From Thraustochytrium aureum (taxonomy: Eukaryota): a DNA stretch of 58,253 nucleotides. The notes below the pieces were generated by a model, which saw nothing but the letters and a program-made list of their open reading frames with translations, ran no database searches and was not told the DNA's origin. This document shows, piece after piece, positions 32,601 through 44,900 of the stretch (positions are counted from its first letter, which is position 1; every line of letters begins with the position of its first letter). The position numbers were made by a program, and so were the translations under genes. Location of the stretch: assembly GCA_012862495.1 (NCBI GenBank), contig BLSG01000021.1, positions 13,297-71,549 of the forward strand, in the 5' to 3' direction.

Positions 32601-34220
32601 GGCCTCAGGGAGGCGGCGCAGCGCGTCGCTGATGTCGAGTGCAAGAATAATGGCCCGAGCTGGGTCGTTCTCGTGAGTGACAGGAGGCAGCCCGAAAGCG
32701 CACAGCACCGTGGCTCCCTTGTCGTCGAGAAGGAATTTGTTGATGCTACCTTCGAGCCGGTAGGTCTCCTCTTGGACGGCCCTGAACGCGGCCTGAATGC
32801 TCTGCAAACTCGCGTTGGTCACCGTTGCCAGCTCAATAGCGCTGTACCCCAGATTCACGAAAAGCACGGTGATGGTGCGCAGCTCGGCGAGCCAGGAGGG
32901 GTGGCACGACACGTACGGCTTGACGGAGGCCGGCACGTAGCGTTGAAGCATGCGAATGGCCATATTGGAGGCCACGCCGATGCGCTTGACGCTGACGTTG
33001 CGCACTCGCTTCGTGTTCTGCAGCAGGCAATAGCACCCGGAGCTGAGCTGTCGCGCCTCAAAGCGTGACTTTATGAGCTCCCAGGTTGTGGCAGAGACAA
33101 CGGCCTGGCCCGCTTCGCAAACCGCCTCGCATTTGAACGCGTCCAAGAGGGCCTCACCGCAAACCACGCACTCAATGCGAGCCTTTTCGCCCCCAAGGTG
33201 GAGCACGCTTGCGGGGCCCGCAGCGATTCCAATCTTGACGCTGAAGGTGATGCCCTCTGCGAGCTCGGCTCCGTGGAGCTCCTCCTGCAGCTGCAGGCTG
33301 CACTGAGCAGCCTTGCAGGCCATGAGTGCGAGGTCGATCTGCGTTGAATTGCGCTTCGTTTCCGGCTGCCAGATCACAATCATGGCGTCGCCAGCAAACT
33401 TGAACACGTCGCCGCCGCTTCGGGCGATCATTTTGACAAGTCGCTCAAAGTATCTGTTGAGGTAAAAGCCGAGCATCTCAACGCCTCCTTGTCCTCGCTT
33501 GGCGAGGCGCTCGGTGAGTGCCGTAAACCCGCTCAGGTCGAGGAACATGGCCACTGTTTCGAGGTCGGTCTTGAAGGGCGTGTTGCGGATCGCGGCCTCG
33601 CTGCCGTCCTGATTTACAAAGTTGACAAGGTGCGCGGGAGCAAAGTCCTGGACGATACGCGAACCGTAGTGCGCTTGTTGCTCGGCCTCCTCCAAGATTG
33701 GGATATTTTCTGTGACGGAGCTTTCTGCAACCGTGTCTCGCGCGCGGGGGATCTCGGTGTTGTTCTCCGCGCTGACCTCCGTTGGCGAATTGCGCCGCCG
33801 TTTGCGCGACTTGCGCTTGCTTCGCTTTTGGTCACGGCCTTTGCGGCTCGCATCGCCGCTCAGGCTAGCGTTGTCATCGAGCGATTGGTCTTCGAAACAG
33901 CTCTCTGGGGCGCAGGCCGCGGACTCGTCCGAGGGGTTCCTGCACAAAAGCGGTGTTGCTAGTGGCTGGTCAGCTCCGCCGGGATCATCTAGATCGCGGC
34001 TGGGCGCGCTCTGGCTGCCGTTTGCCTGAATCGAGGGCTGGCCAGCACCGTCGGCGTCGTCTAGATCGCAACTACTAGTAGGTGGTGCTCTCTCGAAGGC
34101 GCTTGCATCCACAATGGTTGTTGGCTGTTCGCCCTCCGCCGTCTTGCTGGCCACGTCCTGCAACTGCGACGAGGCAACGCGCTCGACGGCAGGCAGTGCG
34201 CCGGCGTCCGCGTCGCCCAT
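29665..34220 (-). CDS. Soluble adenylyl cyclase (ADCY10/sAC-like): tandem class III cyclase domains plus a STAND P-loop domain; frame open into the gap
   Basis: C1: MFLDLSGFT and DVFKFAGDA. C2: INKFLLDDKG and REYSVLGDNVNTAARLM. Walker A GEPHSGKT, Walker B LVLDDAQW, GNQGHL, and FSSLLTRDTVY...RRRLH. Confidence 0.92.
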
Positions 34221-36380
34221 CGCTGCTCAGTGAGCGCCAACGCGCACTGTCGGGCAGGGCTGCGCCCTGCGCCAGTCCGAGGGCCTCAAACCGGACCGCG
34301 AGCGGACCTGCCAGTCCACGCCCTGGGCCGAGGCGCTCGCTTGTGCTTTGCTTTGCGCGCACGCGCTGGTGCAGCTTGATATCCCTCTCCGCTCGTGCTG
34401 GCCAGGGGCTGGCTCGTTCGCGCCCTGTTGGTGGCGGACTGCAAGCTGGACGCCGCGACCAGGCGCTTGCNNNNNNNNNNNNNNNNNNNNNNNNNNNNNN
34501 NNNNNNNNNNNNNNNNNNNNNNNNNNNNNNNNNNNNNNNNNNNNNNNNNNNNNNNNNNNNNNNNNNNNNNNNNNNCTTCTCGCACGGCCAGGCGCTCGCA
34601 CGGCCAGGCGCTTGCGGGGTTTCGTCGGCGCGATGCCACAGTATGGTGCTGGGCGCACGAAGTCCTTCGTCGCCACTTTCTCACGTGCAAGCGCAAGTCA
34701 AGCTTGCTGATCTCAACGGATGAATCACAGGCAGGAGCCGGGACGCCCTGCATGTGACAACTGTGACAGCGAAAACCCAGTCGCGACGACTCTCAGGACA
34801 ACGACCGCCCAAGCCGCGTTTATGTGCATCCATCCAGCCTATCTGCCGACCTGCCTGGCTGCCCGGCTGCCCGGCTGCCTGCGTGGCCAGCAAGTGCGCC
34901 GGGCAATCATTTCATGAAGAGCTTACTTGTAAACGTGGGGGATCCGTTGAACCGCCAGGAATCTGCGGACCAGCCAGGAATAGCGGGGACGTGCATCGGC
35001 CACGTGGCTGGGCGGTGGTTGCTGGGCGCGTGGGGCGAAAGCGCTTTCTAGCTGCCAAATGGTTGCCTGGTCGAGGTTGTGCATGCCCTGCGCGCCCGAG
35101 TCGATCCCTTGTCGAGGTCGTGCGTGCGCGAGTCGATCCTCGTCCCTGGCAGCGACGGTCTGATTCTTGTCTCTGTGAGCCGAGATTCTGGATCCGTGCA
35201 AAGCCTCGTGCCAGGTCGTTTCTCAGGTCGATGTCCGTCAGCAGAAAGCTCGCGCCGCGCGTGTGGCAGGGTGGCAGCGTTGAGGCGAAGCACGTCCTAC
35301 TCCGAGTCGGGCCTTCGCCGGTGCAAGTCGGTGCATGGGTGGGCTCGGTCTGTTGATGTTGAGGCAGTGGCAGCAGCGACAGCGAGTGAAAGCGTCATAC
35401 ATGCACATCCTCTACTCAGTACCTACCTGGTTGGATGCCGCCTCTGTCGGCCCTCTGTGGGCTCGCATTCCGAGCGCACTGGCAGCAGGCAGGCAGTTAG
35501 TTCTTGACCCGCCAGCCCATGATGTGCAAGTACGTAGAGCAGAGTACTGGTAGAGTAGAGTGGTAGGTATGTCTGCAGGCTGCGTGAGAAGCCAATCAAC
35601 TCGGAAAAAAATCCTCGGATCGCTCGACTGCGTCGACTCGCTGGTGCCGATGCACCACTGACGTTGCCGACTCAAGTCGGATGCAACAGTCGCTCGTGTC
35701 CTTCGACGACGATCCCTTTCGTCCGGTGCGCACTGCGACCCGCCGCCCGCCCGCTCGCCCGCCCTCCATACCAGTGGCAGGGCATACCACCGCAATCCAG
35801 CAGCAGCAGCAGCAGGGCGTCAAGGCTTGTGCAAAGCGAAAAAGTTGATTTTCTCTCGCGCCTCACACGCGAGTCCAAACACCCGAGGCAGTTCCCTCGA
35901 GCCCTCCCAATCGGCACGGAGGGAGCGGCAGCCGACCAACCCCAGACTCTCTCTGTCTCTGCTGCGCTGCGTGTGCGCTGGCGTTCGTTGGAGTGAGTGA
36001 GCGATTGAGTGAGCGGCGCAGCTCCAGCGGGCCGTGGCTGGCTGTTGTGCTTGCTTCCGCGTGTCTCGCCACAACAAACCTGGCTTCTGTTCGGTCTGGT
36101 CGTCGCGAGACACAGACTGCAGCACACCGCCAGACATCCATCCGTCGATCCATCCCAACCACGCAGCCCGGCTGGCTTCGTCGAGGGCCCACGCGGACCG
36201 ACCGAAAGACTGCGAAGGCGCGTCCACGGAGCTCGCGTGAGCGGCAAAACCCGCTTGGCCAAGGCGGCACGACACGCTCGCTCGCTAGCACGCACGTCGC
36301 GGTGACGGTGGCCCGCTGCTGGTCGCGATCTGACTACGGCGACGGGTGCGGCGCCTGCGGACGGCACCAGCGGGAGCACG

Positions 36381-38029
36381 ATGGAGAGCGTGATGAACGA
36401 GACCGTCCACCCCAGCTGTCCCGGCCCGGACGAGCTGCAGCCAGACTTCAACGACATGAACAAGCTCGTCGGGCTCTTCATCTTCATCTTTTACGCCATG
36501 TACTTTCCAGTGACCTGCGCTTGGTGGTGGTCGCGGCGTCACCACCCATGGCTGCGGAAGCGCAACTTTGAGCTCATGCTAATCAGCGGCATCGGGGTCT
36601 GGTGCGAAATCGCAGTCGCTCCACTCGGCAACTTCACTGGGCGCCCGACGTTTCCCTGCGACGCGCACCTCTGGCTGACGTTTTTGATTATTCCAGTGGC
36701 TGCTGGCCCGATCGTGGCACGCTTGATCCTCATCTTTAACTCGGCGCGCTACAACCGCGTGCTGCTCTCTGAGGGTCAAATCGGGCGCGCCCTGGCGCGA
36801 GGCAAGTTCGAGCGCCAGTCGCTCAGCACTTCGCTCGTCGCCTTGGCCAAACTGATGTGTCTGCGGTGCGGCAACATCGATGCTCTCCTGCAGAGCAACC
36901 TCGACCGCCTCGGATCGAGCGTCCGTGCAATGCAAGGCAAGTCCGGCGAAAAAAAGGCGAGCGAGCGCAACCTTAAGGCTTCTAGCGAGGAGAGCAGCGA
37001 GGGCGACGACGAATCGCTCGAGCGAAAAATTCGATCGTGCAGGCGCTCCACCTCATCACGCGCGGGTGGTTCGGGTACCTGGTTCTCCTCCTGTTCCTTA
37101 TGATTGCGCTCATCTCTATCGCGGCCAAGTACAGCAACGACGACCTCCCTTTCGGCAAGGGCTGCCTCGGATGCCACCTCGGCGTTGACGACATTGGAGC
37201 CATGGGCGCGATGATCTTGGTGACCGTCGTCGCTGGTACCTGGCTGTTGTACAAGGTCCGTCACGAGCCCGACCCTCTCGGTATGATTGCCGAGATCAAG
37301 CTCCTGTTCGCCTGCGGTCTTGTGGTCGTTGCAGGTACTGTGCTCTCGGTGATCGACATTGGCGGCCTCCGCGCCACGGGGACGTTCGACTGGGTCTACA
37401 TCTGCGTGTTTGCTAGTGTCGCCCTGCACACGATTCACTGCCCGCTCCAGGTTTGGAGGACGTACCACCCGCTCGAAATGCCTGCAAACCTGGAGGCCTT
37501 CACCTTGAACAGCATGGAGGACAAGCTCGCTGGAGAGGCGGTCGGCCCTGGGGCGTCAGGAAATCTCCAGCACGGCGAGGACGGGGCGTCGATGGCGGCT
37601 TCTTCGGTGGTGGACTCCACGCTCGATGCTGCCACGCTGGACAAGGTGCTCTCGACACGAGGCGGGCGCCGGATCTTTAAGCAGTACCTGGCCACCGAGT
37701 TTGCGGTGGAAAACTTGTACTTTATCGACTCGGTGGAGCGATTTCGCTCAAATTACTCGCACATGGCCGCTGCTGAGGTCAACTCGACTGCAAACGACAT
37801 CTATCGGTCGTTTGTCAAGGAGGGCAGCATGCTCGAGGTAAACCTCAGCGCCATCAACCGCCGGCGCATCCTTGGGACGCTCGGAAACCCAGCCATGGAT
37901 GTGGCACCCGTGACAACCTTTGACGCGGCGTTCCAGGAAGTCTACGGTCTTTTGGTCACCGACTCGTTCCCTCGGTTTTTGCGCTCCGAGTTTTACCGCC
38001 AGTGGGCCATGCCGACACTTGCTGTGTGA
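36381..38029 (+). CDS. 7TM-RGS protein (seven TM helices plus a C-terminal regulator of G-protein signalling domain); frameshift at A5 run ~37025-37029
   Basis: Three TMs in ORF 36381..37103 and four in 37037..38029. RGS: FKQYLATEFAVENLYFI...IYRSFVKEGSMLEVNLS...FDAAFQEVYGLLVTDSFPRFLRSEFY. Confidence 0.88.
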
Positions 38030-38310
38030 TCGGAGATCGAATGTTTGTGTACCGTCACGACTGAGTCACGACACTCAGTTCTATAGCTAGCGAAAAAATC
38101 CCTGTCTTCTGCGTTTGCTTTTTTGAGACCCGAATGGGCACCGCGATCTCAGAGGCTTGTTGCGCCCAAGCCAGCGGGATCTCCCCGGTCGCAGTTCCTG
38201 CCATGCCAGACATTGTTGTTTTCAAAAATTAAACAGCATCGTGCACCCTGCAGGTTGGCGCGAATGCAAACAGCCTGAATGCAAACAGCCTGAAAACTTA
38301 CGCGATCGTC

Positions 38311-38392
38311 GTCATGATTCCCATTTGATGCCCATAGCGCATTCCCGATTTGTCATGATTCCCATTTGATGCCCATAGACATTCTCGATTTG
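38311..38392. repeat. ~41-bp imperfect tandem duplication; a 15-bp duplication lies at ~38262-38293
   Basis: gtcatgattcccatttgatgcccatag occurs twice. Confidence 0.85.
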
Positions 38393-38990
38393 GCCGGGCC
38401 GCAAGCTCGCTATGCTCAAACAGCGCAAATGCGCCGCCATACCAAAAGGAGGGAGCTCCTTCCTGGTCACTGACTCCTTCTTGTTCACTGATACCAAGGC
38501 CATGCGTGACCCACGTGGCCACGGCGCCCCACTCGCCTGTGCCCACACAAAAAGCGAGCTTTGGTGCCGCGCGACCTCGGCAAACGCAGTGAACCCCAGC
38601 ACCAGAAGCCAATGCATTCTACTCGAGAACCTCCCGAGCTCTCGAGCTAGAGCAGAACGATCGCTCTGCCCTGCCTAGCTCAACCTGCGCTCAACTTGAA
38701 CCCAAGCAGCACCAAGCCCAACGTCCTCAGCTGCGAGCCAGCATCGCGCGCCCTCGCGTGGAAATGCGCCAGGACGAAGACCAATCTCGCACTTCGGCAG
38801 CCCAGCCCGTCAGCGCCTTGCATCAAGCGTCGCTGGCAGCTCGCAGGTCCAGCTCGTTGAAGGCCGCGCGAGCTCGTCAAGCCCAGCAGGCAGGCTGCCT
38901 CGACCCCACTTGATCCTCTCCGACGTCCAGGCTGCCTGGCCGATCCGAGCCTCCGCAGCAGGCGCGCTCGAGCCTGCACGCGCACGAGCT

Positions 38991-39060
38991 CATCGATCGC
39001 ATCGATCGCATCGAGCTGGATGATCGATGATCGATGATCGATGATCGATGATCGATGATG
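38991..39060. repeat. (ATCGATG)n heptamer array plus atcgatcgc repeats upstream of EPC
   Basis: Directly visible. Confidence 0.85.
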
Positions 39061-39275
39061 GATTTGCCCGTGCTGGCTGGCGTCGAGGGAGGCCCGTGTC
39101 CTGCGGCGCGCTCCTCGTCCGACGCCTGGGTGGCGGTTGCTTGGGCGGCAGCGAGGCAGCGAGGCAGGCTGGCAGGCAGGCTGGCTGGCGGGCGGGCGGC
39201 GGCGGGGGGCACGGCGGGCAAGGAGGGGACGCGACTGGCGGCGCGCGGTCTGGGCTGTACGTACGGGAAGGCGCG

Positions 39276-41663
39276 ATGGCGCAGAGGCGGCAGAGCTTTC
39301 GGCCGCGGCCGCTGGACCCGTACAAAAAGTTACCCGTGTACAGGGACGCGAACGAGTTTGCGGCGTTTTTGGAGGACGAACCCGTGCTGCAGGACGTTGG
39401 CGACCCCGGCGCGGCGGGCAACAGCAGTAGCGCGAGTAGCACCGCCGCCGCAGCCGCCGCCGGCGCAAACAAGGCGCAGGACAAGAGTGCGGACAACAAG
39501 AAAAAACAGCAGAGCTCCGTGCCAGGCACGCTCACGGAGCAGCTCAAGGTTGACGAAGGCAAAGCAGAGGCGAAAACCTTCAACCTGCCTATTCCTGAAA
39601 CGGAGAAGTCCTCCACGTTCGACAAGTTTGTGCCCAGCACGTTCAGGCCAAGCGCGGCGTACATTCGCCACCGACTCACTTTCACGGACGACTACAACTT
39701 TTCCGGCGACGTCGAGTACGAACTCACTGCTAAAGATGAGGAGTGGCTGCGCGAGGGCAAGTATGGCCCGGGCTCGAGCACGCCGCTCAGCGAAGACTTG
39801 CTCGAGCGCTTGATCGACCTGATGGAGCGCAAGACCGGGCGCGACTTTCCGATCTCGCAGGCCGACGCCGTAGTACTGTGCAAGCAGGCACTCGGCGCGG
39901 CAGGGCTGCGGGACAACAAGGTGATCGAGGACGTCTACAAGTACTGGATCCAAAAACGGCAGGAGCTGCACAAGCCGCTGCTGCGGCGTTTCTGGCCCGT
40001 CACCGCGACAAACGACTCGAGCCCGCACCTTACCTTCAGGCCGCGCGAGAAAGAGCGCTACCGGCTGCGCAAAAAACGGCAGAACGACCTCGAGTCGTAC
40101 GACAAACTGGTCGCCCTGCGACGCGACTTTGAGATGTGTAGGTGCCTCTTGCAGCTCGTGCGCAGGCGCGAGCACCTCCACGAGCTCGAGGCCGTCCTCC
40201 TGGAAGACGAGTTTGAGCAAGCCCTGTGGGATATTACCAACGAAGGCGAAGAACGCAAGAGCCTTGCGCCGCGCCAAATCTCGGTTGGGCCCCTGCCCAA
40301 AGACGAGGTCGACCCGCTCTTCGAGGTTGTGCCGCAGAAGATCTCGACGCCGCCACCCTTCTCGTTCAATCGCATCGCTTCGGAAACGGCGAGTGTCGAC
40401 ATCGCTTCTATTGAGGCGGACACGCAGCGGAAGAAAAAGAAAAAGCGCACCAACATCAACAGCAACAACACCAACACCAATGCTCGAGCGGCTGACCAGC
40501 TCGCTGGCATCGCGGAGGGGGCTGGGCCTGCTGGAGCTGGGGCGCAAGGGTCCAGCGATCTACAGCAGCAAGACAAGGAGAAGCGCAGCATTCCGGTACC
40601 TCCGCCTGTGCCTCAGAAGCCGGTGATGCCTCCAGAATTTCTCCTCGACCACGGCCCGAGCTACGCCAGCGTCGAGTTCGAGTTGTTCCCACCAATAGTG
40701 GCCATGTTTCCACCAGTGCAGAGTGGGGCTCTCTCAGACCTGAGAAGGAAGCAGCACCAGCACCAGCACCAGCAATTGGCGCACGGGCCCACAGCTGTCG
40801 GCACAGCCGCGCCTCCTGTCACACCCGCGACAGCCGCAGCAAGTTCCTCATCTGCCACAGACTCTGCCAACGGTGTGGCCCCTGGCGGGCCGAGCCCCGC
40901 ATTGGGCAGCGCTGTGCCAGTTGTCGCCCCTGTGTCAACGCCGTTAGCTGTGCAACGTGTAGGCTTTGTGCAGGGCCACGCCGCGCCGCAGCCGGTCACT
41001 CTAGGACACGACGTCGCCAGGCAGGACAAAGGAAACGCGTCGGATGGCGCGGACGCGCTCGCCAGCGCCGGCCCTCTGTCTGGTCTCGCTGTTTCTGCTG
41101 ACGCGCGCCTTCGCCCCGTGCCCGGCAAAGCTGGCGAGCCAAAGCCTCGTCCTGCATCGATGCTGAGTGGGTACAGCTCTCCAACCCACCGCGCTCCTTC
41201 AGAGCCTCGTATGGAGCGGCCTCGCTACAGGTGCCGACCCCGCATCGGCCGCGGGGGTCGGTTCATTGTCGACCGAATCCCGCTTGCGGCACTGAGCGCT
41301 GCGCAAACGCAGCACTTGGGTTCCAGTGTTGTGCAGGGCGTGCAGGAGATCTATGCTGGGCCTGACCCGTATGAAACGGGCCAGGACTTTCTTGACCCTT
41401 GCAAGCCGCGCTTCTCCATCTCGAGCGACCTGGCCTTTCCCAGCAGCAAGCCAGTCGTGGTGAGCGCCGCTCAGCGCTCCAAAATCCAGGCCATCTACCT
41501 CCAGGAGGACAGCGAGGACGAGGACGTGGCCATGCTAGAATATCCGTACCTTGCGCCGCTGCAGCTGCCGCCCGAGGACGCTGCGAGGCTCGAGGCCGTC
41601 GCCAGCGGTAAGACCAAGGCGCAGATTATGATTCGCGAGGCCAAGTTTCGCTTTGTGATTTGA
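39276..41663 (+). CDS. EPC1: Enhancer of polycomb homolog (NuA4/TIP60 subunit)
   Basis: SFRPRPLD..KKLPV, LPIPE, VEYELTAKDEEWL, VYKYWIQKR, PHLTFRPRE, RLRKKRQNDLESY, and RPRIGRGGRFIVDR. Confidence 0.92.
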   Translation: MAQRRQSFRPRPLDPYKKLPVYRDANEFAAFLEDEPVLQDVGDPGAAGNSSSASSTAAAAAAGANKAQDKSADNKKKQQSSVPGTLTEQLKVDEGKAEAKTFNLPIPETEKSSTFDKFVPSTFRPSAAYIRHRLTFTDDYNFSGDVEYELTAKDEEWLREGKYGPGSSTPLSEDLLERLIDLMERKTGRDFPISQADAVVLCKQALGAAGLRDNKVIEDVYKYWIQKRQELHKPLLRRFWPVTATNDSSPHLTFRPREKERYRLRKKRQNDLESYDKLVALRRDFEMCRCLLQLVRRREHLHELEAVLLEDEFEQALWDITNEGEERKSLAPRQISVGPLPKDEVDPLFEVVPQKISTPPPFSFNRIASETASVDIASIEADTQRKKKKKRTNINSNNTNTNARAADQLAGIAEGAGPAGAGAQGSSDLQQQDKEKRSIPVPPPVPQKPVMPPEFLLDHGPSYASVEFELFPPIVAMFPPVQSGALSDLRRKQHQHQHQQLAHGPTAVGTAAPPVTPATAAASSSSATDSANGVAPGGPSPALGSAVPVVAPVSTPLAVQRVGFVQGHAAPQPVTLGHDVARQDKGNASDGADALASAGPLSGLAVSADARLRPVPGKAGEPKPRPASMLSGYSSPTHRAPSEPRMERPRYRCRPRIGRGGRFIVDRIPLAALSAAQTQHLGSSVVQGVQEIYAGPDPYETGQDFLDPCKPRFSISSDLAFPSSKPVVVSAAQRSKIQAIYLQEDSEDEDVAMLEYPYLAPLQLPPEDAARLEAVASGKTKAQIMIREAKFRFVI

Positions 41664-41980
41664 GCCGGGAGACACCTACCTGTAGACGCGAAGCGCCATC
41701 AAATCAACTGCAGCAAACCAAGCGTGTTGTTGCAGTGGCACTGCTCGAGGGCGTGGGCAGCTTGCTTCGACTCTCCTGAGCTGTGAGCCTCCGCACGTGG
41801 CGCGTGCGGAGCCAGGTTGGGCAGAGTAGACGCGGATGGATCTCGTCATTTCTTCATCGTTGGCAAAGCCATAGTACTCGTTTGCGTTTTCCGGCAGGGG
41901 CGCCGCTGATCGCAAGCTCTCTCATCTTCTCTTTCATGATTACTGCAGTAGGTAGGCCTACTTATTGATTGAGGGGGCCT

Positions 41981-44900
41981 CTACTTGTACCCCATTTCGT
42001 GCGAGTGCACCAAATTGGCATAAGAATCGTCCTCCTTGGCTTGGCGCGCCAGTTCACGCCGAGCTTCCTCCTCAGGGTCCAGCGCAGCTTTCGGCTGCGA
42101 CTTTGGACGCGGGAGACGCAGCAGACTGTACAGCTTGTCGCGCTGGGCCCGAGCCTCGCGCGTTGGCACCTCATCCCAGGCCGTCTCCGCGATAACATCT
42201 TGCGCCTCGTCAAAGGCCGCGTCTGGGTCAAAGCCGGGCTCCGGCTCAGGCCGCAAAGCGTCTTCTCGAGCCGCGAGCTCGCGCTCGTACATCGCAGCCT
42301 GCTCGCGAAGAAAGTCGAGCGCATCCCCCGGTTTGTCATTGTCGAGCTCCGGGCTCGCTTCTTCTGAGAGCCGAGCCCCGGCAGCGGCGTCCTGCGGAGC
42401 AGCGTCTCCGCAAACATCTGCGCCATCCACGGCCAAAGCCCACACGTTAAAGTCTTTGGCGCAGCTCATGCGCACACGCGGGTATTTGTGGCCGAGCAGG
42501 ATGAGCGCTGACCCCAGCGCAAGAGTACGNNNNNNNNNNNNNNNNNNNNNNNNNNNNNNNNNNNATGAGCGCTGACCCCAGCGCAAGAGTACGCGCGGGC
42601 GGCTTGAAGGAGGCCAGCTGGAAGAGAACCTTGCTGCACATTACGAGCTTGGTTACATTCGATGTGCCCTTGACCTCCGCTTTTACCGCGTCGTGGACTT
42701 GAACGAGCCAGGACATCCTTGGGGACCGCGCGTAGGTCAGCACTTGCGACTCGAGGACCATCTCGAGCGCCTTGAGCGTCGGCACGATAACACGATCAAC
42801 CTTCCGGTTCGACTCGAGGACGTGCAGCAAGGCGGTGGCGAGGCCTCCGAGACTGACAAAGTCTTGTACCGCTTTGCGGTCCTTGCACCACTGCAAAAGA
42901 GCATCTGAAGCATTCCGGCTCACACTCTCTGTGAGGTCGCCCACGCTCAAAACAAGCCCACCAAGCGCAGAGTTGATGTATTCGGACATGCTGAGCACGC
43001 GCGAAACACGGGGGAAGGTGAAAGACTCGACCTTCCAGTTGGAGGCTGCCTCCGCTGGCTCGTCCGCGCTGCTCGGCCCTGCGCTCAGCAAGAGCATACC
43101 GTGAGGCGCGGAGAAGATCTCACGAAGGGCTGACAGGTGCGGGATGGTGAAGGGAACGCCGTACTCGGGCTTGTCCGCGGTGTCAAGCAGTTCAGTGAGC
43201 GCTTTGCCAGCACCCTCACGCAGGACACCGATCTTTTCGCACAGTTGCTTGATCAGGCAGTTCACCACGCGAGTGCAGGTGGACGGGTTGAGCATCTGTA
43301 ATCCAACGCTAGGAGCAAACGAGCCTACCACCTCGGCGGGAACCGGGACCTGCTCGCTGACAGATTCAAACGCAAGCGCACCCGCATCAGCCACGAACGA
43401 CTCTGCTCGAGCTTGCCCAGTCGGGACGAGATCCTCCTCGGGAGCGTCTTCGCGGGACTCTTGTTGGCCCTCGAGTACGGCGTCCAAAGGCACCTTGCGC
43501 ACGTGCCCGATTGGGTCACTAGAAACAGCGATCCAGGCAGCTGCGCCGCGCGGGAGCGGCTCGCCCGCGGCGGGGATGCCGCCCCACCGCCCTGTCCCCA
43601 CGAGTCGAAGGATGCGGGCTTTGCCAAAAGACTTGGTCTGGATCTCGCACGCCACTTGGGGCTCCGAGCCGCGCGCGTGCACCCGGCCAGGAAAACTCCG
43701 AATCGTCCGAACTACACGCACAAGGGCCTCTACGGCGACGGCGCGCACCCAAGAACCTACATCTCCTCGGTTGTCAGTTTCGTAGTCGTCGCTCGCGGCA
43801 AGTAGAGCGTCAAATATCGCCGCGACCTGCTCGTTGGTAAGGGTCGCGGTCTGCACAACAGGAGACCCTACGTTGACGCCCACAGCCTCTACGAGGCGCC
43901 CGAGCGAGATGGTAGCGTTGCGCCGCGTCTCTGCGTCTCGAAGGTCGGCCTCCGCCTCGGCTCGCGTGGCCCCGATCAAGGTCTTCACAAGCCTGGCCAG
44001 AACTGCAGGCGTCGCGCCTGCGACGCGGGGAGGGAGAACCCCGAGAGCAAGCGCACAGCCGCGACGCACAGCAGGGTTTGGGTCTGGCTGTTCGAGCCTC
44101 TCGCAATATGCGAAAACCACGCGCTCGGTGATCTCGGCGCGCACCGGGGTGGCCTCTTGCGGAAGTGTGGGGAGAGCCACAATACTCGGGTCCGCCTCAA
44201 CCATCCCCTCAAAGGGGCCGGCGGAGACGTCAGAAAGCAGCGCGTCGGCCCCGTCCTCCTTCTCCGGGTCCGGCCCAAAGTACTCGCGCGCGAGGGCTTC
44301 GAGAGCCCTCCACAGCCGCCTCCTTGACCTCGTCCTTGGGGTGCTTCATCGACTCTTCAATCGATTCGAGCAGTCGTTTCTGGGCGCGCCACGACAGGGC
44401 GTGGCCCGCAACTGCGATGGCGCGGATCAGCCTGCAAGCCGCAACGCGCATCCATTCGCCGCCACGGCCGCGATACAGACGCGCCTTTTCGATCCGCATG
44501 ATCGTGTTGCGCACGTCGGCGAGCGTTGCCTTGTCCAGTTGGTACGGCACCTTGGCGAGCGCGGTCACGATTTCACCCACCCCGAGCGTGGCGCCGTGTC
44601 TGACGAGCATGTCCGGCGAAAGCGTTTTGGGCAACAGCGCGGGAAGGACGGTCGTCGCCATGTAGACTGGGTCGCGGCCGCAAAGCACATGCAGAGCCTC
44701 TGCGCTGAGCGTCCGCAAAGCCAGGTCCCAATGCGCAAGTTTGCGCTCGACGAGGTGGTCGATGAGCGGCTGGCGGTACATGGGGAACTGCGCGATGAAA
44801 GAGGAGATCTTGAGGAACGCGTTTGCGCGCACGCCCAACGTAAAGTAGTCGGCGGCCGTCAGAATTTCGATTCCGAAGGGAAAGTTTTCGTGGCCCTGGC

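Noticed and set aside
42501..42593. Direct repeat atgagcgctgaccccagcgcaagagtacg on both sides of a 35-N gap in TBCD
   Set aside because: These are unmerged overlapping contig ends. Collapsing them restores PPARTLALGSALILLGHKYPRVR; it is not a target-site duplication.
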